Assembly: GCA_030141605.1 (NCBI GenBank)
Contig: JAQGDQ010000302.1
Coordinates: 186,001-250,000 of the forward strand
Direction: 5' to 3'
Length of the DNA stretch: 64,000 nucleotides
Source: Tubiluchus corallicola
Taxonomy: Eukaryota; Animalia; Priapulida
Below are positions 10,890 to 25,291 of this stretch, one piece after another. The notes under the pieces are model-generated. The model saw only the letters and a list, made by a program, of their open reading frames with translations. It did not search any database and was not told where the DNA came from. The position numbers were made by a program, and so were the translations under genes. Each line of letters opens with the position of its first letter. Position 1 is the first letter of the stretch.

Positions 10890-13800
10890 TATTATCACAG
10901 TGTAGCTAAGTTGATCTAGATCATTCACTTGCTAAACAACTCTGTTCTCTAATGAGTTCTTGAGTTCAAAAGAAGACGACTTCTGTGAAAACGTATATCT
11001 ACCAGTGCTAAACGACCACAGACAGCAGTCACAGTAATGGTTCTCAAAATAACGTGAAACGAAAACATTTCCACAACAAAGAAGGAAAAGCAACTCGTAG
11101 TAAGAAGAAATCACTATCAGGTGTATTCCATTCTCAAAAAAGAAATTCAGCCTTATGAAAAGACTTCACTTAGTTCGCTTATTGAATACACTTATTGACA
11201 TCAAAAACTCCTAACAAGCTAATCATTATGCATCAAATATGAAAAGCAACACCAATTAGCAACAGAAAAACGACAGCCACATTTTACAACTAATATACGA
11301 TTAATCGACAATATCGAAATGCTACATCATTGTTCAAATGTCTTACCAAAACACAATGGCTACAGTAACTTTGTAATTGTGTGTTATTAAGCTTGACATA
11401 TATGAACAATCCAGACTATTAAAATCTCAGATCATTGTTCTGACGCCCAGCCAGCGCATAAGTGATGCAATTACATTCTGCAATTACATTTACACGTAAT
11501 CAAACGTCATAAACTCAGCTGCTCTGACAGTCTTGTACGATACCACCAATTGAAGCAGTTAAATTCAAGTAAACGAAAAACCTGTTTGTTGCTATTCAAA
11601 AGGACTACACAGCATTAACACCTGGTATTGTGCAACCACTTTCAGACATGGATAGCTATTTTGCACTTAAAAACACAGATACCAGAACTTGATTATAATT
11701 CGAACTTGTGCAATTACAATTCATAATTCGCATTATGCACAGCACCTAATGCACTATATTCACGTCGAAACGGATTCCCTTGCTTCAACAATGCCACATC
11801 GTTAACAGTGTATCAGCTTACAGCGCGGACAGTACTGGCATGTATGCTTCATTCTCGCTATGTCCACACTAGACCGATTGTGTTTTATAAGCACGGAGGA
11901 GGCGACTAAGCGCTCAATGCAAGTTCAGCATAGACAACACTGGCTTCATCACATGCAGGCTGAAACCCCACGCGGGCTTCAGCAGCAATGCCATCATGCT
12001 GCAGTAGAAATACAAAAGATAGAAGCACATAGTGCAGTACTTGTGCTCAAAAGGCCAGCAGAGTGAACTATGCAGTTATAATAGCCAGAGATACTCAGAA
12101 ATATGAGAAATGAAGAAATAATCACGTATAACAGAAAATGAAACAGATAAACACTATCAGAATAAAACAGCACAACAGCCATTTTTTAATGTACTGTACA
12201 AAATTTGAGCATGATGCAAAGTGGTTCTGTAACAAAATATTTAACAGTCATTACTCCATCAGCTACTCAAGCACAGTTGGGCATCGCTTTCGTCCAAACA
12301 CATTTTTATCAGAAAAAACCAAAATTATGATTCACCAAGCAATTTATCTCCCGCGGTAACTAACACGTTTAGTTAGTCTCACGGAAGCACGCCATCAGCC
12401 TCCCCCCCCCCTCCGCCACCAAGTGAGAAATAATACAATGCAAGCAGCTGTATACCGAATGGCAATTACAGTTACAATTGAAAAATCAGTCTGTTACCTA
12501 TGTTCGTTACAAAAAGTAATTTTTAGGCAAAATTCACAATGACAAGGATTTTACAGTTTAACAGAATTAACTTAACCATAGTATTCTCTAGTTGACAGTA
12601 TGCCCTCCTGTGACTTTGCAATTACAGCACTACCTGTGTCAATAACTGTTACAATGTATTATTACCATTTAACGATATTTTTACATTAAAATATTACCTA
12701 ACTTTGAAACCATATGTATATTGTGTAGGTATGTATATTGTCAGCCTTAGACGTCTAAAGGAAGACAGGATGATTTTTGATATACTACCCCATTTTCAAG
12801 TCCGATAAAAAGTGTACATTTTAACACGATCCATACTACGTTTTGATAATTTAATAATAGATATAAATCTTAGTTAACAGCGGGCGAGCCCAACTATTGA
12901 TGACATCACAAACTAACAATTTTTAACACCAAAAATATTCCAACAGCGTGCTGCAGGTGTTTGCGAAAGCGAAAACTGAAGTACAGTGCTACTATAAGGT
13001 ATTCAGTGTGTTCTACTAAAACTAGGCAAGTTTTAAAATAAAAATTCAAATTTCAAATTTCCGCTGTGGTCACGCGTGAGCACTCGAATGTGCGTAGTTC
13101 GTCAGAAACTAACACATCTGAACTGACAGTACGGTACCTGTTTTTGTGTAATGCGTTTTGAAATACAGGCACTAGTGCCCGTCTAACTAGCGGCGAAATG
13201 CATGTAACAGCGAAGAACTAATGGCGCAAACGCGAAATTGTGTTTGGGTAGTAACAATTCTTTCACGCAAGTGTGTTCCCTTTCAATATTCTAAAGAGTA
13301 GATTGTTCTGACCTACAGTTGTAAGATCGGGTCCGGTTTTGCTTTAATGTCATTTAGTCTGTTGTAGTGACTCTTTTGCTGGATGTACAGATACAAACTA
13401 ATTTATATTTCCTTTAATATAGTTGGCTAGATTTCGTGTGCTAAACTGTTCATTTGAATTACACACAGTTCATTATTAGTAAATGCTTGCAAAAAATGTG
13501 CATTATCGTTGGAAACACTTGCGTACAATAAGGTATGAGGGAAAAAAAGACAAACATATAGACTTATGCAGTGCACAAAGGAACAATTTCTGTCTCTGTA
13601 TCATTTAATGCATATTTTGTGGCGGTCCAAGAATTCTGCTCAGATTCTCGTACGTTAAAACATGGAAAATCAGGCAAATTTGTTGCCTGCCCAAAAAATG
13701 AGTCAAGCTGAAGGTTGGTTACAAAAACAAGATTCGTAAGGATAGTTTTGAATAATGGGACAGCACATGAAAATCGATTCAAGCTTTTATAAGTTTACAT

Positions 13801-14884
13801 TAAAATAACGAAAATACTGCTACCAGTTGGCATTTCTAATGATTTGACGAAAATTACTGTTGATCTTACTAAAATTCTCTTTTCTATGCATAAAATTTTC
13901 TATTAATGTAGTATTAAATGCTAACAATTAATAGGAATTCCTTTTCAGGCAGTAGAAACTATGCATTAATTGGATTACACAAAATTCACTTTGAACACTA
14001 GAAATTTATTTGAAACAGTAAATGAATTTTACTTTAGCAGAGCAAGAAAATTGATGTTATGGCACATTCAAGACAAAACTCACCAGATGACGTAACAAAA
14101 CCCCAAAAAGTCGAAGTTTTTTTCAAGTTTAAATATAGTTCAGCATCCATGTGCACAAATATTAGTTTCTGTGTCGTTAATTAGTTAACAGAATGGGAAA
14201 AGGGTCATCAAATCATAACCCAATGATGACGATTGTGTATATAATCAAATAATCACAGTGCGAAGTTCATCAGGCCGCCCAAGTTGGCATTATCCGGTTA
14301 CCATGCTGCACCATTAGTCATTCATTCCCATTTAACGTAAACTCCATTTATTTGTATAGTAAATGATAAGTTGCCATTTGACTTGCGAGAAGAGGATCAG
14401 ATACCAATTACACGCCAAAATCTCATAATCCTCAGTGTAGAGATGGAGAGCTTCGTCAGATGGAAATGAACGCGTTAACTGTGCAACATCAAAGGCGTAT
14501 TTCAAGTAGAACGACCAGCAGTACATCAGTGGTAATGGCAGAAATCTTTTTGACAGATATGAGTCAATTCTATCAGCAAAGAAATTGCTGCGTAAAATGC
14601 ACAGGAATTCCTTGAAGTAATTTTACCAATAGCAAACATTAAAGGCATTTTTTATGGTTTGCACAAGTATTTTGTGCAATTGCAAATAACTTGCCTAGTT
14701 TCGCTGCAACAGCAAACGTGCAATTACCGAGTTTTTCCACAATGTCTTTGTTATGATCTTTCGAATTAACCAGGTCTCCCTTGACAATAATTAAAAATAA
14801 AAGCATTCACAGTTAGTACGTGTGTACAACTGGTTACAAATGCAGCTGATTTGGGTGTACAAATTATGCTCACGTCAACTTTAG

Positions 14885-15015
14885 TTTACAGGAAATAAAT
14901 TTTATTCAAGAATGATATTAATATAAACTTTACAGGAAATAAATTTTATTCAAGAACGATATTACTATATACTTCACGGAAATAACTTCTATTCAAGAAC
15001 AATATTACTATATCT
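14885..15015 (+). repeat. three tandem copies of a ~44-bp unit
   Basis: ttacaggaaataaattttattcaagaa...atatta repeated three times. Confidence 0.85.
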
Positions 15016-18000
15016 CACAGTTTGAAAGTTACCTTGCAACTGCATTAAGTAAAACGAATTTGTTCTCTGCAACTAATACAATTGACAATACTCATCTAAT
15101 CAAATGTGCTGAGATTAGCTTCTAAGTGTTAGCTTAGAGTCACTTAATAATTTAGCTTCCAAAGTTTGTTTGAGTAATTTGCATGATAGGTTGTGGTCTT
15201 GCCAGGTACGTGGAGCAGTAGTAAATGGAATGTCTAGCAACCAGCTAGCGGTAGCTAACTCATTTAAGGGCAAACACGTCCCTATTAGTTACAACCTGCT
15301 ACAGCCTGCAGGGGCGGGCACTGCTGTGAATGCTGACAGTCTAACCAAATATCAAATCCAACCCGGTCCCGTTAACTTAAGAACAGACACTGACTTCTAA
15401 AGTACCCGACCATTTCATGGGGAACTATACAATAACAAAAAAGTCATGCATGTGGCTTACCCTTGTGGGATTCTTTCATTACTCTTGTGAGCAACTATCT
15501 GCAAATTTATAGCAAATAGCATTTATGACAAATGATACCCAGACAAGGGAGATCAATGGCAAAAGCAAATCATCAAACAGCAAATGTTATTAGCGCAGAG
15601 GACGTGTGTTGTCCACATAATGAGCGTCCTCAAACAAACGCCTACGTATGTATGGAGATTAACATGATATAAAACATAATAAACAAGACATACAAGACAG
15701 TTTCAGCATGACTGTTACTCAAGACTGACGTCTGAAACATCCTGGCTATATTTCAATAGCTTATGTTAACACTGCTTCACAAGTTCCCCGACAAAAGACT
15801 ATTTTTTTGCAAGACAGCTTTCTTTAAGATACACTTGCTCAAGCCACTTTATTCAAAATTTAGAACTGTCAAAAGCTGCTGACGCTCCAAGAAAACACAT
15901 GGTGTCACAATGGCAAGTTCTATTCATCATAACATGTCATTTCTGAATTTGTTCGTGGTCAGCTATTTCTCTTCCTTCTATTAAATAATTTTAAACTGAA
16001 TTAATCGCACTTTTCACTAACGTTGCGTTAAACATGCCACTAATAAATATAAAGTTTACAAATTGCTAATGATGCACGTTATTGCAAATTCCAATTACCG
16101 AATGTGTAATGCTTAAGGACATGGCCAACTTTTCTCATCCAGAAGAATGAAGGAAGTTCTCTAAGAAGTAAATCAGTTTCCCAGCAGCTACGAAACGCGT
16201 AATTCCAGCCTTAAGCTTCATTGAAGCACTAGTAATAACGTGAAGAACATAAATGGAGTGTTCGACAAAGCTACATTAGACTAACAGTCCGATCCTTCCT
16301 TTCAAGCTTTTCTAGAAAATGTTCAATAGGTTTTGTTATAAGCCAAACGGTTAATAAGTTTTACAAGCCCTGTAAAACATTAAATTCCTCGGAACAGTTG
16401 AGTATAACCTATTGATACATTGATACCAAATTGATATAATCCAACAGCAAGTATGGTGTTTCTACAGCATCATGCTATACATTACACTACAAAATAGATG
16501 TGTCAACTAAAGAGTAATAATAGCCCTATTTTTTCATTGCACCAGCCTTGAAGGGACTACTTTACTTGCTTCTTTGTTGTTGTCATATACTTGTGTTGTT
16601 ATCGTTGTCCTTGTTGTTGCTGCTGCTGCTGCTCCTGCTGGCAGTGGAACGGCACCGGTAACAGGGAAAATGGTGATAGATTAAAAATACAGGCCCTTTA
16701 GAAAATGGCCAATAAACTACCTGACTATCCACGTAGACAAAGAGACGAATATCTTATCTTTCTACCCATAGTTAAACGTTATTAAAATCATCAGTTAATG
16801 GACTCAACATAATTATGGGACCGCATAAAAAGAATCATATGCAGAAATTTGAAACAATTTCTTGTGAACTGATCCCTGTGAACTGTTCCCTTATATGACT
16901 TTTAACGTTCCAGGACGTGGCCACCAAGCCAGGCTCGGGGAAGCCGCTCTGACTTTCCAGAATCTGCTGAAGTGGAACTAATAGGAAAATACTGGGAAAA
17001 CGACAAGTGATTGTGTCAATTATCCAAATTTTAGGGAACAAAATTGGATTCTTCGAAGCGTTCTAACGCATACGCCATGCGTAGCAATTCTGAGTTCAAT
17101 CAGATTTGTCAGAAGCAAGTAAATGCAACTCAAAAGTAGCACAGCTAGACCTTGAAAACATTTGGTTTTGCTCCAAGAAAGGTCAAACAACTCAGCAACA
17201 AATAAAGTTTGCAAAAAAAGTCATTCAAGTGAAACTGTGCAGCAGAAAAAACATTTAAATAAACCGGTTCGAACAAATTCTATGTAACAGGCTCAGTCCA
17301 CCTATCAGTGCGCCGAAACGTCATAGCTGCAGCAGATTTTAGAAACAGCTCTGTCTCATGCTGTAACGGAAACAAAAAGTGCAAATTTGCAACAAATCTT
17401 CTTATTTCCGTGGAGAGTATAGTAATGGTCACCACCACGAAAGCAATATCTATAATATTATTGCCAATACCAGCGAGGAAAAAAAGCTACATGCAGTTTT
17501 GGCAACAAATAACATCCCCGTGCAGCCACGATTCCCCGTAAAACCATCCAATGTTGGCTCACTGATCCGCTATTGCTTTTATTACCAGCTGCTTGTGTAA
17601 AATTGATTGTACAGTTTTGTAAAAGCCGTGCACAAACATTAGTAGTCGACCAATTTTCCTTTTAAAGCCAAAAAATTAAACCAACTACTGCAGGCAGCTT
17701 AGAAGCCAGGCTTTGATGTTTTAGATTGCGTAATAAATTGTGCTTGATAGTAGTAAGGCTTCACGCAATAATTTAATTGTCAGCATTTTCCAGGGATAGC
17801 ATGTTTGAACCACGTGAGTTCCGTTTAGTAAGTGTAATAACAAGACCAAAAACCATCAAACAAAAAAGAAAGAAATATAATTTGTATTTTTCTGACGATT
17901 TTAAACTCTTATATCATCTTAATCTTAAATGCTCAAATGAATAGCAGACAGAAATTCTGGTCAAGGGCACGGAAAAACTTTTAAGAAAATCACCAATTAT

Positions 18001-18421
18001 ATATTTAATCCTTTCAAGCAAGACTTGAACTTTCAACTAAGCCACGTGCGGAAATTTGGGATCTAGCAAACTACCGGGATTAGAGTTAAACCGTGTGTTC
18101 TTTTCACAAATACATTCTGCTCGCGTTTTGCACGACAAGTTTCATTATCACCTTATGATTCAAAACTCAAGACGCTATTGTTTAGAGCTCTAGCTTGTTG
18201 GGATTAGGTAAGATTTATTGGGATTTGAATACCCCACTTCATGACATGAATGATAAACGTTTATTAATCAATGAAGTGTAGTTGCTCATACGAGTGATGG
18301 TTGCAGTTTCTGCATGATCTACCACGTTTAGCATTTACTACAGAGGATGGACACAAGCGAATATTTTTAATCAAACAAGTAACTTACTGATTACTCAGTT
18401 TATACAAAAACAAGATGTTAA

Positions 18422-19089
18422 AGGACAAGAAAAGAGGTACCTGAAGTAGGTTTGAGAAAAATCGCCTTAAAAATTATATTACTTTACAGCAATTTTATGC
18501 ACATATCGTACCCGCGTTGAAAGAATTTTTCGTTTGTTTTCATTTTAAAGCTCCCGCAATACTGTTCCGACCGCGCTATTGCGTAACGCATATAAGCACA
18601 ACGTAAATCAGCGGAAGAAAAGGAAATGTCCCCAAAAACTTTCCACGTAAACTTATATAACTTAGCATTTCGTTTACCTGCTTGAAAGACTTAGGTAACT
18701 AGAAAAGAAAATTATTAATTATTCAAAATACTTTTCACCAATTGGTAAAAAGTCGTTGACTCACCCTCCAGGATGCACCACTCACTAACCAAAAAACGTA
18801 TTTTTAATCTCATTGACAAAATACAGTAATTTAAAATTTTACTTAGTGACGCGTGCGCTACGAATGCTCTGATTATTTTTTCAAACTTTACACAGTGTTT
18901 CCTAAACTTGTTTCAAATGACACCGTCAAAATGGCTGCGTCTAACAGTCATCGCAGGAGTTTAAATCTACTTTTTATAGAGCGTTACTGCCGACGCAAGT
19001 CCTGTATGCAAAAAAGGCAGTATGTAGGTGCTATAAAATTTCAAGACGATTTTTTTAAGTTTTATATAAGTGGAGGATTTTCTTGTGCT
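18422..19089 (+). mobile_element. TTAA-flanked MITE (Kolobok-like), copy 1
   Basis: TTAA|AGGACAAGAAAA ... TTTTCTTGTGCT|TTAA, homologous over its full length to 38769-39428. Confidence 0.8.
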
Positions 19090-19572
19090 TTAAGTCTTAT
19101 GACAAAACATTAGACTTTATAACATTGGGTAGGCCAGTAGACGGTTCAGATAAGGTTTAGTAAAAATGTAGGCATAGTTTTTTAATGTATATGTCTCAAA
19201 TTATTTGCGATATAAAGGAACTGACAGTAATGTGTTTGAAAACCTCTACTGTAAATTCATTGTATCTCCACGTTTTCTTATGAAACGACAAGCACAGAAA
19301 TGAGCGAAATTACTTCCGGACACAGTGAAAATTCTCGTGTTATTTTAACCCAAGTGAAATGAAGCGGCAAGGATAGTGGTACCATGAAAATTTACTTTGA
19401 GGACAACATTAGGGCATAAATGTGCCAAATGTAGTGTACAATCCTTCCTTACCTTTGTGCATATTACACATGTAAAGGAAAACGTTTCCCTTACACCAAC
19501 GTGAAAGTGAAAGTTTCCATTTCACCAACAAAAATTGTGCTACTGCTACTTTCAGGTAATAAGAAACACCAA

Positions 19573-20132
19573 TCTCTTATATTAATATTCTTGGTATATA
19601 TATTTATATATAAGATTCGAGGCTACAGCCCGGACGAGGGCACCATTTGCGGCGATCTATACATCAAACGAAAGGTCTCGATCTAGTGTCTTCTCATTGA
19701 TGGTTTATTTTTCGAATCGGGCCCACCGGGAGAAAGGGGAGGTGAAAAACCTCCAAAAATGCCCCTTTTTCGACCGTGTTTTGCAAAAAATTGCAAAAGT
19801 TATACGGCTGAGATGTAGAGAACGGGAACAGGCCGAGGGTGGTGCTGGGTATGGATAGATAGCCCGTTCAGCGGTGGGTGTAGAAGGCATATTTAGAATT
19901 CCCGAGAGGGGCAGGGCGCCCCGCAACGGGCGTTTTCCCGGACCCAACTTGCGATTTTTTCGAAATTTTGACCAAACAGCATGCGGGAAAAACGTTCTAG
20001 CGTCGCCCGGTGGGACTCTAGGAAGGAGATATATAGCTCATCAGAAAGAGGAAGGACAGGGCTACACGATGATGTGGGCTATATGTTTGATCAATTAATG
20101 CGCGAACACGGGCTTCGGTTCAGTTCAGCTAT
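19573..20132 (+). mobile_element. non-autonomous Helitron-like element, copy 2
   Basis: Highly similar to 5809-6330. It starts A|TC and ends with hairpin CGAA-cacgggc-TTCG followed by CTAT|T. Confidence 0.65.
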
Positions 20133-21015
20133 TTCCCTTATTTCAGCACAGGTACAATAATCAAAGAATGAATCCTCAATGCCATACCGTCTAATCGATG
20201 CTCTGGCCTTAATTTGGAAAGGCATGGTGAAAGTGCAGGGAAGCGTGAGACTATGACACTCAACACCTTCAGTAATATCAATAGCATGACGAACAACCTT
20301 CTACTCATATTAGTCTGTCATTTCTGCCATCAACCATTAACAATAATGACCAGAATGACCACCGCCAATGCTCGTTTTGGGTGTACACCCATGAGTATTT
20401 GCGGTATGTTGTACTGTGCGTTAAGAAGAAGATGCTGAAGCGAAAGCGTAAGGGAGAACAGAAATACTTTCAGTAATATCAACCCCATGCTTCATCAGAA
20501 TTTATAATTAGCGATGAGACAAAGTTATTACGGTGGTGTGCATACAGGAAGATTTGTGAAGGAATCAATACGACTTATGGATGCTGATATGATAATCTAT
20601 GGCTGCATAATTACAGGAAATAAATTCCTTGTTATAAATTTCAAACTGCAAATGAAGTATGGGTCTTTTCACCGTCAAAGCTTTCCCGCGCCCCAGGGAA
20701 GCATTCATTCGCCAGCATATTATGAGCCAGGGCACTCAGGGCTGGCTAAGAATACTAACGAAATCCATCCAGTCACAGATCCATCACTTTTTTCTCATAA
20801 GACAACCAGAGTCTTACAGAAACTAGTTAAACCAAGTCAATTTAAGTAAACAGCCTTGCTCAGGAACTCAGCAAATAAGCAACAAATTACCCGAAATTTC
20901 CAGCCGGTCTCGTTGCGTTAGACCTCATTCTCTCGTGAAAACAATTACAATACTGCGTAAACAAGGAGGGCTTTTTTAGCAATTTTCTTGCGTTTGAAAT
21001 CAGAAGTACAACTAC

Positions 21016-21587
21016 ATGCACGTATGAGGTAAGAATTTGTAGCGCAGCTTGTAAGTTTACTGTTTGACTTCGTTGCATGTATCAGGTAAAAATTTGTAGC
21101 GCAGCTTGTAAGTTTACTGTTTGATTTCGTTGCATGCATCAGGTAAGAATTTGTAGCGCAGCTTGTAAGTTTACTGTTTGACTTCGTTGCATGTATCAGG
21201 TAAGAATTTGTAGCGCAGCTTGTAAGTTCACTGTTTGATTTCGTTGCATGCATCAGGTAAGAATTTGTAGCGCAGCTTGCAAGTTCACTGTTTGATTTCG
21301 TTGCATGTATCAGGTAAAAATTTGTAGCGCAGCTTGTAAGTTTACTGTTTGATTTCGTTGCATGTATCAGGTAAAAATTTGTAGCGCAGCTTGTAAGTTT
21401 ACTGTTTGATTTCGTTGCATGTATCAGGTAAGAATTTGTAGCGCAGCTTGCAAGTTCACTGTTTGATTTCGTTGCATGTATCAGGTAAGAATTTGTAGCG
21501 CAGCTTGTAAGTTTACTGTTTGACTTCGTTGCATGTATCAGGTAAGAATTTGTAGCGCAGCTTGCAAGTTCACTGTTTGATTTCGTT
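21016..21587 (+). repeat. 57-bp minisatellite, ~10 near-identical copies
   Basis: Unit TCAGGTAAGAATTTGTAGCGCAGCTTGTAAGTTTACTGTTTGATTTCGTTGCATGTA, starting at 21082, 21139, 21196 and so on, with no unique spacers. Confidence 0.97.
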
Positions 21588-22054
21588 TACTCCCAGCAAT
21601 TTATAAAGGCGTCAGTCTGCGGTTCGTTATACAAATAGGCAGCTAATCAGCTGGACGCCCATTACATGGCAAAACTGTCACAATCAGATGCCCGAACACA
21701 AAGGGATAAGTGTTATCCAGAATACCAAGCTGAAATGAGCAGTGAAGCTTCCAACGATGGTTTCTGAAGCCATACAGCTAAGTGCAATCGCTCTCAATAC
21801 CAAAGTGGAAGATTAATGGAAAAGTTCGTCAGATTTCAACCGCAATCTAAACACAGATCTAATGATCATGTAAATCAGTGTCTGGCGTGAAACACTGCAA
21901 TTTTGTTCACAATCGTTTAAGCAGTCAGTGACCGAGCAGCAGTTTCAAGCAAATTCCGCAGGCCATTTCCGAAGTAAATTCTGTTTCGAATACGAACTCC
22001 TCCTACGGCGCCTTAGCATGTAAATCACGCAACAAGAAAAACCTTTGACTAGAA

Positions 22055-22572
<518 letters not shown>

Positions 22573-25126
22573 GACTAGAAGCTGCGCTTGTAAGCACTGG
22601 GTGAAAAGATGAACTAACAGATGAACGCTCAAATGTAATCGGCGAGAGTGGGAGTACGACTCCAGGGATTTCTCAATGAGACTGATTCCTGACTCAATGT
22701 AAAAGGTTCATCGCTTTTAAATTTCTGTGAAAAAGAAGTGATAAGATACCAAATAGAAAGATAAACTGTAATAATATATAAATTAAAAAATTAAAGCACG
22801 TTTATATCTTGTGAAAACTTTTTAAGTTTATCACTTCTTGATAATATGGGAACTTTTTAGTGGTTTACACAGCATGTTACCAAGTTGAGAGCAAATATCC
22901 TAACCACCCAATCAAAATGTCATGTGCAAAATCTCGTCTTTAAAAAGAAGTCTGAACTTTATATTTCCATGTGCAATTCCTTGTTTGTTACTTAAATACC
23001 ACCCAGTGCACGGAATGAAAGGACGCACACATAGGAACTTTTCCAATAAAGAAATAAATTTACTTCAAATTTAACCCCAACCTTGTTTAGTCAAAATAAA
23101 AATTAGGACGCTTTCAGTAACATATTATTCAGTTTAGTATTGTAAAGCGGCAAGGTACAAGCTATCTAAATTAACATAAATTACAGTATGATAAAACAGC
23201 AGAAATACATCCAGTAAGACAACAAGCGCCAAAATGATTGTGATAAAGCAATCAACAGTGATTTTTGCTCAAAATTAATAAGCAACTTCAATAATTTTAA
23301 CTGCAACAGCCTGGCAATTTATGCAAAATCGCGACAAAACGACGATTTTCATCTAACCAAATGTCACAGTAAAACGAAAATTCCTTGTGTGTAATGAAGG
23401 ACTCCAGGAAATAACCGAGTGAACAGCTTAGTGGTCATGGTATGTGCTTCACTGAGTAAGTAGCGAAAAGTCTGGATATTAAATTGTACTGTAAATGGAT
23501 GGGCGACAGCTGAACGGTTTTACCCATCATGCTTCCAGTTTATCTCTCGTTGAGGTAGTGTGTACCATGAACGTGCAAATGTGGCTAATACAATTGTGAT
23601 AATTCAGAGCATTTATCTTGATACCATCAACAAAACAGTTTTAATAAAATAACAAGCACACTTAGCATAGTATGTAAAAGACAAAATTTGAATTTAAAGC
23701 AAAAGTATTAGGTATATCCTTACAAACAGCTACACACAATTAGCAACCTTCAACTATATTGACTCTAAAAGTAAACAGTTAGCAAAATTTTATGTCACAA
23801 ATAGAGTGCCAATGGCTTTTACCTGTCCAACTTCTCACTAAAATCATACCAAAGCGCTACAAAATTCCTAAAAAATTCATCAGTTGACTATACTTGTGAT
23901 TTTTGTTTAGCACTCAACTATATGTGTTACAGTAGAATATTGCAAATCCATCAACTACAGTTAGTAGATACTAAAACTAATACATAGATGATTTCAAAAG
24001 ATATTTCTATTATTACTAAACAAGTGATAAAATTAAAAACAACACTTGAATTGAAAGACGTTTACGACTCTAAACAAACTGTCATATTTGATTATTCTTT
24101 GCAATTACTTGATTGGTCTTCAGAAAGTAACCACCAGAAGCTGCCAATCATTCAAGTAGAGATTCTCTATGGTTTAATTACCACGTTCCTCATTTCTAGG
24201 TTTCATAGCAATTTTACTTCAACAAGATAAGTTAGCCATCCAGTAAACACGAAACTCCAAAAAATAAATTTTTGTAGAAAAAACTAAAGAACTGCTGAGA
24301 CTTACAAAATCAAAGTTACAAAGTTAGTCAATATGGCAAGGTTAGACAGACACAGGGCTCCAAATTACGTATTTTATACTTGCGCAAGGAAAAAGATTAA
24401 AACCGTAGAAAAACATTATTGAAATCATGCCTATCAAATAGCGACTGCCCAAAATTAGGAATACAGTGGTGGATCATTGTGGTGGTGACGATGGTGATGA
24501 TGATCATGATGATCACCGACGACTAAGGAGTGACTGCCCCTATTCCTTAGTGACAAACAAATGTACATTTGTCACCCAGTATACTTTGCCATACAGTCTC
24601 TATATAGAGAGAATAATAACACCACAACTCAAAGGGTTTATTAAAATTTTAATTACGTGCATAGCATTTCGTGGCAATTTCAAAGTAAATATTCTCACAG
24701 GAAAGTGGCAATCGATTTTCTAGAAGCCAGCAGTGACCAATGAACACAGCAAGAAAAATAACAGAAGCCACTCTGTCAGAAATCAAACAGGCCGTTAGCG
24801 CCATCTATGGCGAAAAACGAGATATATTTCTACTAGGATGAAAGTAATTTTCTATATTTCTATTTGACAATTGCCCAGCCATGTTACAATCTTTTTTATG
24901 CAACTTGATAAAATTCATGCAACTCACTAAACTGGAAGTTGGGACAACACCAAGACCTACTACCAATATTAATAGTTTTGGCTAAACCAAAAACCTAGCT
25001 AATTTATAAAAAGATATTCCTTCGAGGTGAGATTGGTAAACTGCACAGGTGTCTTCAGTTTTTTTGGGGATGCATTTTAATCTATAACACAAATATAAGA
25101 GCCTGAACAAAACATGCATAACTTAC

Positions 25127-25291
25127 GTAGCTTAAAGTAACATTCATTCTAACGTCTTCCATTTCTAATGTTTTAACACAATCACTCTGTTCCTCTCGTA
25201 TAAGTTTCTTTTCACCATTATTAATCTCCAAAGCTGCAGCAGTTCTACCATCCTCAAGGATACCTGATTTCTCCCGATCAATATCAGACAT
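25127..25291 (-). CDS. candidate alternative first coding exon of unc-13 (55 aa, MSDIDREKSG...MNVTLSY)
   Basis: ATG in ATAATG context, charged protein-like composition, ends at a GTAAGT donor in phase 0. No recognised homology. Confidence 0.4.

Noticed and set aside
21016-21587. CRISPR array or repeat-protein ORF (20945..21253)
   Set aside because: The units are contiguous with no unique spacers, there are no cas genes, and the context is eukaryotic. The ORF is a by-product of a unit length divisible by 3.
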